From Octopus bimaculoides (lineage: Eukaryota): 32,504 nucleotides of DNA. A model generated the notes under the pieces. It was not told the origin of the DNA and searched no databases. It was given only the letters and a program-made list of their open reading frames with translations. Location of the stretch: the NCBI RefSeq assembly GCF_001194135.2, contig NC_069003.1:18348040-18380543 (forward strand). The letters are read 5' to 3'. This document shows positions 21,335-31,889 of the stretch, one piece after another. Each line of letters starts with the position of its first letter. Position 1 is the stretch's first letter. Position numbers and translations under genes: made by a program.

Positions 21335-21640
21335 GTTACATATCTCAGAGTTTCGTGTAAGTCTGACATACCTATAGTCATCGGATGTTTATAGATCTGT
21401 AGGCGCAGTTACCTCCCTTGACAGTGGGTTTAAACAAGCTCGCACTAAATGGCGGTTGAGCGGTGAGATTCTGACACGAGGCCTTGTGACTTCCTCTTTT
21501 GGCATCTGGACGTCGGAGAGCAAGGACATGGTCTGGTTGGCTCTCTTACGACACGCGGCGACTAGCATACATGAGGTAACGCACAGTAGAAGATCATGGC
21601 CTCCACGCATCAAACACGTTTCATTTAGCATTCAACTTAT
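21335..21640 (-). mobile_element. Probable Penelope pseudo-LTR fragment ending in a degenerate hammerhead motif (21338-21390)
   Basis: Minus strand reads aaacat-CCGATGA-ctataggt(atgtcag)acttacac-GAAACTCTGAGAT-atgt. It shares the CCGATGA core and ACTC(A/T)GAG stem III with 15417-15523. Confidence 0.45.
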
Positions 21641-21975
21641 ATATATGTATATGTGTATGAGGCCGACATTAAAGGTACTTAAAGTTACAGCCTTGTTTTA
21701 TGTATTTCTTTGTACCGTGTTCTTATCAAATGATATTACAGCCTTCTGAAGGAGTCAACTTTTAGATAACTCCACAACCCTGATTCAGACACCATCTAAA
21801 GATCTGTAACATAACGTAATGTTCTAGATTCAACACTGTCAGTTTCCGTCACAAATTTAAACAGTCTATTCTATGTAACCTGCCATTTCACAATGTGTTT
21901 GTAATCCTCCTCACCCACATCACACAGTTTACATGACTAAATTAGTAGTTAATAATTAATTTTATTAAACTTCAG

Positions 21976-22050
21976 GTCAGGTACAATTGATATCAATGAG
22001 TTCACGTCACTGTGGAGATATATTCAAGATTGGAAAGCCATGTTTGAGAC
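21976..22050 (+). CDS. Penta-EF-hand gene, coding exon C (rest of EF2)
   Basis: Acceptor aaacttcag ends 21975 and donor AC|gtaagt starts 22051. The phase-2 join (TG+G=Trp) gives (W)SGTIDINEFTSLWRYIQDWKAMFE(T), matching the PEF motif EF..LW.YI.DW. Confidence 0.93.
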
Positions 22051-22074
22051 GTAAGTATTATTATTATTATTATT

Positions 22075-22272
22075 CCTTCGTAACACGGTGTCTTTAGTCA
22101 TCTGTCAAGTCACAACAAGGACCTCAGACAGATAATACTTTCCTTAAGATGTGCGCTGTGCCCAATAAGGCTGCTTTTTGCAAGACATAAATCTTGCATG
22201 GGATTTTCAGTTGCCTTAAGTCTTGAAATTTCAATCGGATTGAGCCCAACGCTCCGATCACCACTGGTATTA
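22075..22272 (-). mobile_element. 5'-truncated R4/Dong-type (restriction-like endonuclease) LINE in an (AAT)n microsatellite
   Basis: 22270-22124 is an uninterrupted 48-codon frame IPVVIGALGSIRLKFQDLRQLKIPCKIYVLQKAALLGTAHILRKVLSV*, the typical R4/Dong ORF end. (TAT)n flanks both sides. Confidence 0.85.
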
Positions 22273-22356
22273 CTTATTATTATTATTATCATCATCATTA
22301 TTATTATTAGAAACACTGCCCTTCGAACAGTTTTCCGCTAGATTGTCACGATTGCT

Positions 22357-22358
<2 letters not shown>

Positions 22359-22404
<46 letters not shown>
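22359..22404 (+). repeat. (TATC)n tetranucleotide microsatellite
   Basis: Direct reading. Confidence 0.95.
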
Positions 22405-22406
<2 letters not shown>

Positions 22407-23062
22407 ATTATAGTAGTATCTATAGAAGACCCGTGGGATTATTATTTATATGGACTTAAAGATTGATTGCAATTTAGCATATAATTTACTTATTGCAGTT
22501 TATTATTAATACCGATACAATGTATATTGGTTTATATGTCTCTTTGTTTCGTTTTATTAAAGTTAGTGTTTAATCCTGCCTATATATTGATTGATTGAAA
22601 TAATGCGGTTATTAAGCTGTTACTTTTATATTACACTACAGAAGACGGTAGGAATTATAATTTTTGTATGACTTAATAGAGTTGTCGCTGTTTAGTTACG
22701 TATTTAAGAGGGATTGTAATTCACTGACTGAATTTATTTATCGATACGATTGTACATAGGATAAAAGTGGTTTCTTTGGTTTGTTTGTTCCCAAACAACA
22801 CTTATTTTAGTGCTGTTGACACCGCCGGATCGAATGGTACTGCCCAGGTGTCGAAACCTAATGATATCCGTGAGGCAGCTGATGATGGAGGTATGTTGGA
22901 TTGTTGGTATGCCTGTGGAATAGTATTATAACACATCCTTTTGATGTGTGATTTATTTATAAACAGAGTAGTACGGATAATACTGGTAAGACAGTAAGAC
23001 GTTCAGTTACTTCACTTGATTTTCATTTACTTTTTTTTTTATCCCTAAACTTGAAGACTACC

Positions 23063-23102
23063 CCCTAACCGTAACCCTAAAACCCTAACCCTAACACCCT
23101 AG
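23063..23102 (-). repeat. Short degenerate (TTAGGG)n-like array
   Basis: Plus strand ccctaa ccgtaa ccctaa aa ccctaa ccctaa ca ccctag. Confidence 0.8.
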
Positions 23103-23802
23103 TGAAAATCGTGCGGGTGTTAATCTGAAAAACTACCCACATTTGTAATGAAGTTCAGTGATTTTGCAATGTGTTGTCCNNNNNNNNNNNNNNNNNNNNN
23201 NNNNNNNNNNNNNNNNNNNNNNNNNNNNNNNNNNNNNNNNNNNNNNNNNNNNNNNNNNNNNNNNNNNNNNNNNNNNNNNNNNNNNNNNNNNNNNNNNNNN
23301 NNNNNNNNNNNNNNNNNNNNNNNNNNNNNNNNNNNNNNNNNNNNNNNNNNNNNNNNNNNNNNNNNNNNNNNNNNNNNNNNNNNNNNNNNNNNNNNNNNNN
23401 NNNNNNNNNNNNNNNNNNNNNNNNNNNNNNNNNNNNNNNNNNNNNNNNNNNNNNNNNNNNNNNNNNNNNNNNNNNNNNNNNNNNNNNNNNNNNNNNNNNN
23501 NNNNNNNNNNNNNNNNNNNNNNNNNNNNNNNNNNNNNNNNNNNNNNNNNNNNNNNNNNNNNNNNNNNNNNNNNNNNNNNNNNNNNNNNNNNNNNNNNNNN
23601 NNNNNNNNNNNNNNNNNNNNNNNNNNNNNNNNNNNNNNNNNNNNNNNNNNNNNNNNNNNNNNNNNNNNNNNNNNNNNNNNNNNNNNNNNNNNNNNNNNNN
23701 NNNNNNNNNNNNNNNNNNNNNNNNNNNNNNNNTATATATATATTATAGTATAGATTACTTGTTGGAGGTAAGGCGGGAAGGAGAGGAGGAAGCTATATAT
23801 AC

Positions 23803-24950
23803 ATGATCTGTAGAAAAGGCATAGGTAGAAACTTCATAAAATGCACCCAATGTAAGCTTTGGACACATAAAAGGTGCAGCAAAATCATAGGAAGGTTAAT
23901 AAGGAAACTAACTTTTGTATGTGGAAGATGCACAGGTACAATAAACGCTGAAAATGTGCAGAAAATAGACTCTATCAACTGCCAGGAAATCAAGCTAGAG
24001 GTAGTAGAAAGCTTCCATTATCTAGGTGTCCAAGTTAGTGGAGGTGGATGCTCCGAGAGCATAACTGTGAGAATAAGATTAGGCTGGGCAAAGCTCAGAG
24101 AGCTCCTAATTCTGCTGGCCTCTCTCTCAGAGTGAAAAGCAGATGGTATGATGCCTGTGTGCGAACAGCTATGCTACGTGACAGTGAAACATGGGCTGTG
24201 ACAGCCAAGGACATGCATAGGCATGAAAGAAATTGAAGCTAGTATGCTTCGCTGGATGTGCAATGTCCGTGTGCATGTTCGACAGAGTGTAAGCATCTTG
24301 AGAGAAAAGTTAGGCTTAGGACGCATCAGATATGGTATGCAAAAGAGACGACTGCACTGGTATGGTCATGTGATGTGTATGGGCGAGGACAGCTGTGTAA
24401 AGAATTGCCGATCTCTTACTGTGGAGGAAACCTGTGGTACATGAAGATATGGGACGAAGTGGTGAAGCATGATCTTCGAACTTTGAGCCTCAAGAGACAA
24501 TGAGTAGCGACCGAGACCTTTAACGCTATGCTGTGCTTGAGAAAACCCGTCAAGCCAAGTGAAATCGTAGTCATGACTGATGCTAGTGTCAAGTAACTGG
24601 CACCTGTGCCACCTTTCGAGCGTTGGACCTTACAGAGGCAGAGTGGCTGAGTTCTTTTGAGTGTTGGGCCTCACGGAGGCAATGATCGAGACATTTTTGC
24701 ATTATGTCGTGTTTGAGAAGAAGACTCATCAAGCCGAGCAAAATCGCAGTCATGGCAGATACTGGTTTCACACAAATGACACCCGTGCCGGTGGCACGTA
24801 AAAGCACCCATTGCACTCTCAGAGTGGTTGGCGTTAAGAACGGCATCCAGCCATAGAAAACTATGCTAAATCAGACTGGAGTCTGGTGCAAACTGTCCAA
24901 CCCATGCCAGTATGGACAACGAACGTTAAATGGTGATGATTATGATGATG
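23803..24950 (+). mobile_element. RTE LINE copy 2 (same family as 5520-8792), 5'-truncated at the PHD finger
   Basis: ICRKGIGRNFIKCTQCKLWTHKRCSK...FVCGRC, WYDACVRTAML and RRLHWYGHV, followed by the 3' UTR and an aacgttaaa-(tga)n-like tail. Confidence 0.95.
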
Positions 24951-24961
24951 ACACACACAAA

Positions 24962-25100
24962 CATACGGCCAGCTTCTTTCAGTTTCCGTTTATCAAATCC
25001 ACTCATAAGGCTTTGGTCAGCTTAGGTCCAAGGCATTTGCACCAGGAACCGCGTTGTGGTACTGAATCCAAGACCACATGGTTAGGAAGTGAGCTTCCAC
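24962..25100 (-). mobile_element. tRNA-derived SINE head (family of 12999), internally deleted
   Basis: Minus strand reads gcttcctaaccatgtggtcttggattcagtaccac...caaagccttatgagtggatttgataaacggaaactgaaagaagc. Confidence 0.7.
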
Positions 25101-25189
25101 ATAGACGATTGTTCCTTCACACCATAGTACTGCCCTTGTGGCAATGTTTAAAACATTTACCAAGGGGATTGGTGGAATGGGTGAATCGT

Positions 25190-25375
25190 TACGGGCGTTA
25201 GAAAAAATACTTCATGGTATTTGATCCGGGTCATTATTTGTTTGTTCAAATCCCATCGAAGTCAATTTCACCTTTTATTCCTTTGTGGCTCATAAAGCGA
25301 AGTAGACTGGTAAATGGTATCGACTAACAACCTCCCCTCAAAATTGCTGACTTTGTGCCTTAATTTAGTAACCAT
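25190..25375 (+). mobile_element. Highly diverged SINE (family of 5138-5353)
   Basis: gttcaaatcccatcgaagtcaatttcaccttttattcctttg...ccctcaaaattgctgactttgtgcct. Confidence 0.55.
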
Positions 25376-25667
25376 TAATTTCCACAATAGCATCAGGAGT
25401 TTCAGATTTTGGTCAACAACCTTTTTCAAGATTGTTGAAAGTAGAAATTCTTTCCAGATTATCTCTTAATCTTGATAAGTGTTTCCAAACCATGTTGAGA
25501 AATTCATTTGGTTCTCACAAGAGTCAGAAACATTCTAAAATTCTTCAATGTCCAACCTTATTATATTACTCTGAGAAACCCAGACACATTTGAAATGTGG
25601 TAAATGGTTTTGATGATGGGTGTTTTTGGGTGGAAATGGAAGATCTTAGAAAGTCACTTGTTATTAA

Positions 25668-25766
25668 CCCTTCAGTATTCAGATTATTCTATCAAATGTA
25701 ACACTTATTTATACACATTGTTTTGAATTTACCGTGTGTTGTTTTGTAGCTTTGAGATTTCGATTG
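25668..25766 (+). mobile_element. 5' part of piggyBac-like MITE (family of 13544-13761)
   Basis: TTAA|CCCTTCAG..tcaaatgtaacacttatttatacacattgttttgaatt aligns with 13544-13640. Confidence 0.55.
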
Positions 25767-26346
25767 AATGACAATCGAAATCTGAAAATTGGTTATGTTG
25801 ATGCAGTTTTCCATGCTTATTCCTGTGAAGCCATGAACTTCTGGAGAAGTTTTAAAATTCGGGGTTTTAAGATACGGACAGTCCGAATCTACCATTCGTT
25901 TCTCTTTATAACTTTCAAATAATTTTTTAAATACTTCAAAATCAAAATTGCTTAAATATGTGTGCCAGAAACAGTAGTTAAAAATTAGGAAATAGATTTT
26001 AAAATTAAGGAAATAGATTTATTATGATTGACTTTATTCCATTATTCTAATATCTTCTGAAACTTATACATATACATGTATAAATGCATACAGAAACATA
26101 CAAATATATATACATTTTTACAGAGTTAGTTTTATATACAACCTTGTATATATATAAATATTTCGACATATCTACACTATTGTGCCCCAATGATTTGCTT
26201 CTTCATAACTTTGAGAAAATTAAATATTTCTTTTCTACAAATATGCTTCAAATCGTGTAGATTCCGATTAAATTGAAATTCATAGTGAAACCCGTTTGTC
26301 CCTAAAGGAGTTTCAGAAAATTCACACCGTTAGGCTTTGTTGTATA

Positions 26347-26875
26347 TCTATATACATAAATATGTAAAAGTGTCTGTGTGTGTGTGTGTCCTGTACCGTC
26401 CAACCGATTTTAATGATTTTTGGCACATAGATAGATTACATGCCCTGAAGTTCAAATAAGGCCTGAGTTTTTGGAAAACTCGATAATGCTCAGTTGGCAT
26501 CGATTTTTGTGAGCTCAATCAAGCGTTTGAATGGAAATTCCCATAACGATTTTATTTTTCCTGTAGCTTTTGCATTTTTTGTCCGATTTTGATGAAAATC
26601 GATGAATAAGCGAGGCTCATGGCAGTGAGTTGATGTCAGTATGGTTGCATTAAGAGGAGAGAAATAAACAAACATCACTCTCAATGGGTCGAAGTACACC
26701 CAAAAGTTTGACTGTGATTTCAGACGGTCCAGTATTTAGGAGTATGTCAAAAGCGTTAACCGGGTAAAATCCCTGCCGAACCAGGGCACGGGGAACGTAG
26801 AAAATTTCAATACAAGGTCAGAGGTGGGCTTAACTTCAACACGGAAAACACGCGCAACGCCGGGTCCAACAGCTA
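26347..26875 (+). mobile_element. Probable non-autonomous Helitron
   Basis: 5' A|TCTATATACATAAATATGTAAAAGTGTCTG(TG)n. 3' cgcgcaacgccgggtccaacagCTA|t resembles the hairpin + CTAG|T end, with the hairpin degenerate and the final G absent. Confidence 0.62.
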
Positions 26876-26955
26876 TATATATATATATATATATATACGT
26901 GGGTGTATACGTATTGCTTTAATTATATCTTTATACACGCACACACACAAAAAAA

Positions 26956-27190
26956 CTGGCACACTATCGGTTACGACAATCACAAATATCCAAAACTTCT
27001 TCACCACTCTTCCAACTTCATTTTTCTCTTAAAAAGAAGGCTTTCATCTATTTGGACTATATGTCGTACCACTGTACGGCTGTCTGTCTGCTAACATTGC
27101 TGACGGACATACAGCATGTCACTGGCATTTCACATATATATTCCAGGATTATGTGAAACATTGTGAAGACCGTCAATTGACTTTCTTCCC
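26956..27190 (-). pseudogene. Merlin (IS1016/ISXO2-like) DDE transposase relic
   Basis: Across two frameshifts: ...IILEYICEMPVTCCMSVSNVSRQTAVQWY / HIVQIDESLLFKRK (IDES 27051-27040) / NEVGRVVKKFWIFVIV. This matches the Merlin order HTH-WY, V(E/Q)IDES..KRK, G.R...W(V/I)FG. Confidence 0.75.
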
Positions 27191-27205
27191 AAAAAGTATT
27201 AAAAG

Positions 27206-27380
27206 CAATTGCAGTGTGAAAGGTGTTTATAAGCCATATAAAAACCCACAAAAATCGTGAACAGTTGGCGGTTTCAAGGTGACGAAAATAGTTTGACAAA
27301 TGAAATTTAAATGTTGAAGTGAATCTAACGGTTTTTGTGTGTTTTTAAATGGCTTATAAACATCCTCCCCGCTGCAATTG
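27206..27380. repeat. 53-bp inverted repeat with 69-nt spacer
   Basis: caattgcagtgtgaaaggtgtttataagccatataaaaacccacaaaaatcgt (27206-27258) versus the reverse complement of 27328-27380, caattgcagcggggaggatgtttataagccatttaaaaacacacaaaaaccgt. Confidence 0.9.
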
Positions 27381-27569
27381 TTTTTGTTTCAGCACACGAT
27401 CTTAGATCAAGTCAATTGCTATGCTAGTACATCTCCGTAATTTCGAAAGTATTAAAAAATTATTTGGAAATCATAAAGAGAAACGAATAGTAGATCCGGA
27501 CTGTCCGTATTTTAAAATCACGCAAAAAACCCTCAAAAAACAAATGGGGGCGGGGAGGGAGATTTTTCT

Positions 27570-30500
27570 TGGCTCAGTGGGTCTTCTTCTCAAGCACAAC
27601 GTAATGCCAAAGGTCTCTGTCATTGCCTCCGTGAGACCCAACATTCGAAGGAGCTCAACCACCTTGCCTCCATGTTCGAGAAGTGCATTTTACGTGCCAC
27701 CTGCACGGGTGTCGGTTATGTAACACCAGCATCAGTCACAACTGCGATTTCACTTAGCTTGACGAGTCTTCTCAAGCACAGCATATCGCCAAATGTCTCG
27801 GTCACTAGTCATTGCCTCTGTGAGGCCCAAAGTTTGGAGATCATGTTTCACCTGGGTCTACCTCTACGAAAGGTTCCCGTCACAGCTATCTTCGCCCATA
27901 CGCATCACATGACCATACCAGCGCACTCGTCTCTCTTGCACGCCACATCTGATGCCTCTTATGCCCAATTTTTCTCTCAAGATGCTTACACTCTGTCGAA
28001 CATGCACACTGTGCACATCCAGTGCACATTGCATATCCAGTGCACATTGTACATCCAATGCACATTGCACATCCAATGCACATTGCACATCTAGTGCACA
28101 TTGCACATCCAGTGAAGCATACTGGTTTCAATTCTTTCAAGTCTACGCATGCCGTTGGCTGTCACAGCCCATGTTTCACTGCCACGTAGCATAGCTGTTA
28201 GCATACAGGCATCATACAATCTGCCTTTAACTCAGAGAGAGGCACTTTGTTGCCAGCAGAGGAAGGAACTCTCTGAACTTTGTCTCATAGCATCCGCCTC
28301 CACTACTAACTTTGTCACCTAGATAACGGAAGCTATCTACTACCTCTGGCTTGACTCACTGGCAGTTGATGGAGTCTATTTTCTGCTCATTTTCAGCGTT
28401 TATTGTACCTGTGCATCTTCCACATGAAAAAAGCTAGTTTCTCTATTAACCTTCCTCTGATGTTACTGCACCTTTTATATCTCCAAAGCTTACATCGGAT
28501 GCATCTTATGGAGTTTCTACCTACGCCTTTTTTACAGATCGAGTAGGGCCTTCTATCTGAAGGGATTTGTGATTTGTCTGCCTTCCTACTTACTAAGACT
28601 TTGGTTTTTGCTAGGTTAAGTCTAAGGCCCTTCGGTTCTAGACCTTGTTTTCATACTTGGAACTTCTCTAGTTCTGGTAGTGATTCAGTAACAAGAGCAA
28701 GGTCATCAGCATAGAGGAGCTCTCATGGGTAGCCAGTCTTCAATTCCTCTGCTGTTGCCAGGAGGACTATGATGAACAAGAGAGTGCTTAGGATCGATGC
28801 TTGGTGAACCACTACTTGCACCCTGAATTCTTCGCTGTTCTCATTGTCAACCCTCACCTTACTAACAAGCATCCCTGTACATAACTTGTACAGCTCTCAC
28901 CAACCACACGTCTATCTCTAGTTTCCGCATTGACCACCAGATAAGGGATAGGGGGATCCTGTCAAAGGCTTTCTCCAAGTCAACTAAAGCCAAATACAGA
29001 AGTTTGTCTTTGGCTAGATATTTCCCCTGCAGCTGCTTTACTAGAAATACAGCATTAGTGGTGCTTCTCCCTGGTACAAAACAAAACTGCATCTCGTCTA
29101 GGCTAACTTTCTCCCTAATTATTTGGGCTATGACTATCTCCGTAACTTTCATCTCCTAATCCAACAATTTGATATCTCTGTAATTATTTCTATCTAATGC
29201 ATCACCTTTACCTTTGTAGCAGTTGACTATGATGCTGCTATACCAGTCATTAGGTATGACTCCTTCATGAATCACTTGATTTACAATGACTAGACCATTA
29301 CCTACAACGCCAGATATTTTAAGCATCTCAGCGGTGATTCCTGACAGGCTGGGCGCTCTCCCTGTCTTCATTTCCTTAATTGCTTTATCTACCAAAATAC
29401 TGTCGAATCGGGTAGCTGGTCCTTCAATTGGGGAAATACTTGGCAGACTCTCCTCCTCCCATTCGTTCTCTACATTCAGCAGTCTTTCATAAAGGAATTT
29501 CCAAGCCTCTTTCTTTGCAGACTCATTAAATGCAAGTGCACCGTCATCCATGCGGACACATTTCTCTCCTATGACATCACAATTTTCTCTCACACACTGT
29601 CTTCCAGTCTGAAACACTTCAGTTCTTTGGTCCTCACGTCGGTGAAAATAGGCAAACATGCTCTGTTCTGCTCCTCCATTGCCTAGATATACTTGTCTCC
29701 TAGATTCCCTTCTGGCTATCTGATACAGCTCCCTGCTACCCCCACTCTTCCAGGTCTTCCAGGCCTGTTTCCTTGCTCTAATGGCCCTGTCTACGGCAAC
29801 GTTCCACCACCACATTACCCTAGGTCTGGATGGGACTTTGCACCAGCTACAGATTTGGTTTGTGGCACTCAGCAACCTGTCCCGAAGGAATTTCCAGTTG
29901 CCCTCTATGTCACAAGTCTGTAGCTCCTCCTCCCTCTCATCAAACTTTTCAAATAGGATGTTCCTAAATCTCTGACCATATGATGGGTCTTTAAGCTTCC
30001 AAATCCTTGTTTTCCAGATTGGTCTGCTTCTGGGCATCTTTCTGGCCTGGAGTCTAAAGTCACCAATGACTAGTCTATGCTGGGAGATACATTCTTCACC
30101 AGGGACAGTCTTCGCATTTAAGAACAACCATGCATCCTGCCGCCTGGTGAGAATGTAATCGATATGGCTAGCGTAGCCACCTGATTGATAGGTTATCAGG
30201 CGGCTCGTCGGCTTCCTGAAGTTGGTGTTGCAGATCAATGGGTTATTTGAATCACAGAACTCCAGTAGCCTTGTTCTCTTTTCGTTTCGGGGACAAATTC
30301 TATGGCCCTTATGTACACTATGGAAAATACCAGGCCGCCAACCGACATGCCCATTAAAATCCCCAGTTACGAAGATGAGATCCTTCCTATGCAGAAGAAT
30401 ATCATAGAAATAGTCCTTCTGTTCATTTAGTAGGCTCGCTTGTGGGGCATAGACAGAGATAATTGACGCTACACTATTCTGCAAGACTAGCTTGAGCTTA

Positions 30501-30860
30501 AGCACTCTATCGCACACTCTGACTATCTCTATGACTTTTTCTCTGCAAGAAGTATGCCCACACCACCTACCCCATCACTGTTACCTTCCCAGAAAATTTT
30601 ATACCTATGTGTCTTACCTGTGAGGAATTTGGTTGAAGCTCCTCTCCACCTTACTTCTTGAATACAGCATACATCAACACGTTTCCATTTAAGCATCTCA
30701 ACAATCTCGCTAGACCTACCTTTCAATGTGCCTACATTGACAGTGCCAACCCGGAGAACTGAGAAAGGGACGTGGGAGAGAACATGGGTAGGTATTGGGC
30801 AGTGATCGTTTGGTAAGAGACATATGACATCAGTTAGTCTCGCTTTAACCAACCATTATT
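27570..30860 (-). mobile_element. RTE LINE copy 3 (same family): retains APE N-terminus, lacks terminal tail
   Basis: RVGTVNVGTL, VDVCCIQEVRW and GVGILLAEK, then the 453-aa ORF 29156-30517 (VTGDFNGHVG, HIDYILTR, SQHRLVIGD), QFCFVPGRST, LYADD near 28703-28717 and a degenerate PHD. The 3' UTR stops near 27570. Confidence 0.96.
28012..28114. repeat. 18-nt minisatellite (about 5.7 copies) inside RTE copy 3
   Basis: Unit tgcacatccagtgcacat. On the minus strand it reiterates the codons H-W-M-C-N-V. Confidence 0.95.
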
Positions 30861-31889
30861 CAAACGTGTTAAAATTGTTGTCCCTATTGGTGGTAAATAG
30901 TGTTGTAAATGTAAGCATTACTGCTGCATATATATATATATANNNNNNNNNNNNNNNNNNNNNNNNNNNNNNNNNNNNNNNNNNNNNNNNNNNNNNNNNN
31001 NNNNNNNNNNNNNNNNNNNNNNNNNNNNNNNNNNNNNNNNNNNNNNNNNNNNNNNNNNNNNNNNNNNNNNNNNNNNNNNNNNNNNNNNNNNNNNNNNNNN
31101 NNNNNNNNNNNNNNNNNNNNNNNNNNNNNNNNNNNNNNNNNNNNNNNNNNNNNNNNNNNNNNNNNNNNNNNNNNNNNNNNNNNNNNNNNNNNNNNNNNNN
31201 NNNNNNNNNNNNNNNNNNNNNNNNNNNNNNNNNNNNNNNNNNNNNNNNNNNNNNNNNNNNNNNNNNNNNNNNNNNNNNNNNNNNNNNNNNNNNNNNNNNN
31301 NNNNNNNNNNNNNNNNNNNNNNNNNNNNNNNNNNNNNNNNNNNNNNNNNNNNNNNNNNNNNNNNNNNNNNNNNNNNNNNNNNNNNNNNNNNNNNNNNNNN
31401 NNNNNNNNNNNNNNNNNNNNNNNNNNNNNNNNNNNNNNNNNNNNNNNNNNNNNNNNNNNNNNNNNNNNNNNNNNNNNNNNNNNNNNNNNNNNNNNNNNNN
31501 NNNNNNNNNNNNNNNNNNNNNNNNNNNNNNNNNNNNNNNNNNNNNNNNNNNNNNNNNNNNNNNNNNNNNNNNNNNNNNNNNNNNNNNNNNAAAAATATTA
31601 AAAAAAGGGTATTGTATGATCTTGTATAGAGGAATATATTATTTAAAAGAGTTCCAACTCTGTCTGTTTTTTATGTTTTATTTATATCCTTATAAAATTA
31701 ATGTGGGATATAGAATATGGAATATATAATATAAATAGTAAAATGAAATGAAGTATTGAATGTCTTATTGAATATATGAAATATTGAGTATTAAATATAG
31801 AGTATTAAATATATAAGAGCTAGTATACTTTCATATACTTTCATATAAGAGCTAGTATACTTTAAATATATAAGAGCTAGTATACTTTC

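Larger units (their letters stand above)
25865..27517. repeat. About 77-bp inverted repeat pair (25865-25942 and 27441-27517)
   Basis: ttttaagatacggacagtccgaatctaccattcgtttctctttataactttcaaataatttttt versus the reverse complement of the right arm, ttttaaaatacggacagtccggatctactattcgtttctctttatgatttccaaataatttttt. Confidence 0.9.

Noticed and set aside
22810-22875. gacacc/ggtgtc stem followed by GAAAC as a hammerhead
   Set aside because: The core is CTGTTGA overlapping the stem, and there is no stem I pairing.
28012-28114. CRISPR-like array (also the 41-42-nt units at 8359-8480)
   Set aside because: The repeats are contiguous with no unique spacers, the context is eukaryotic and there are no cas genes.
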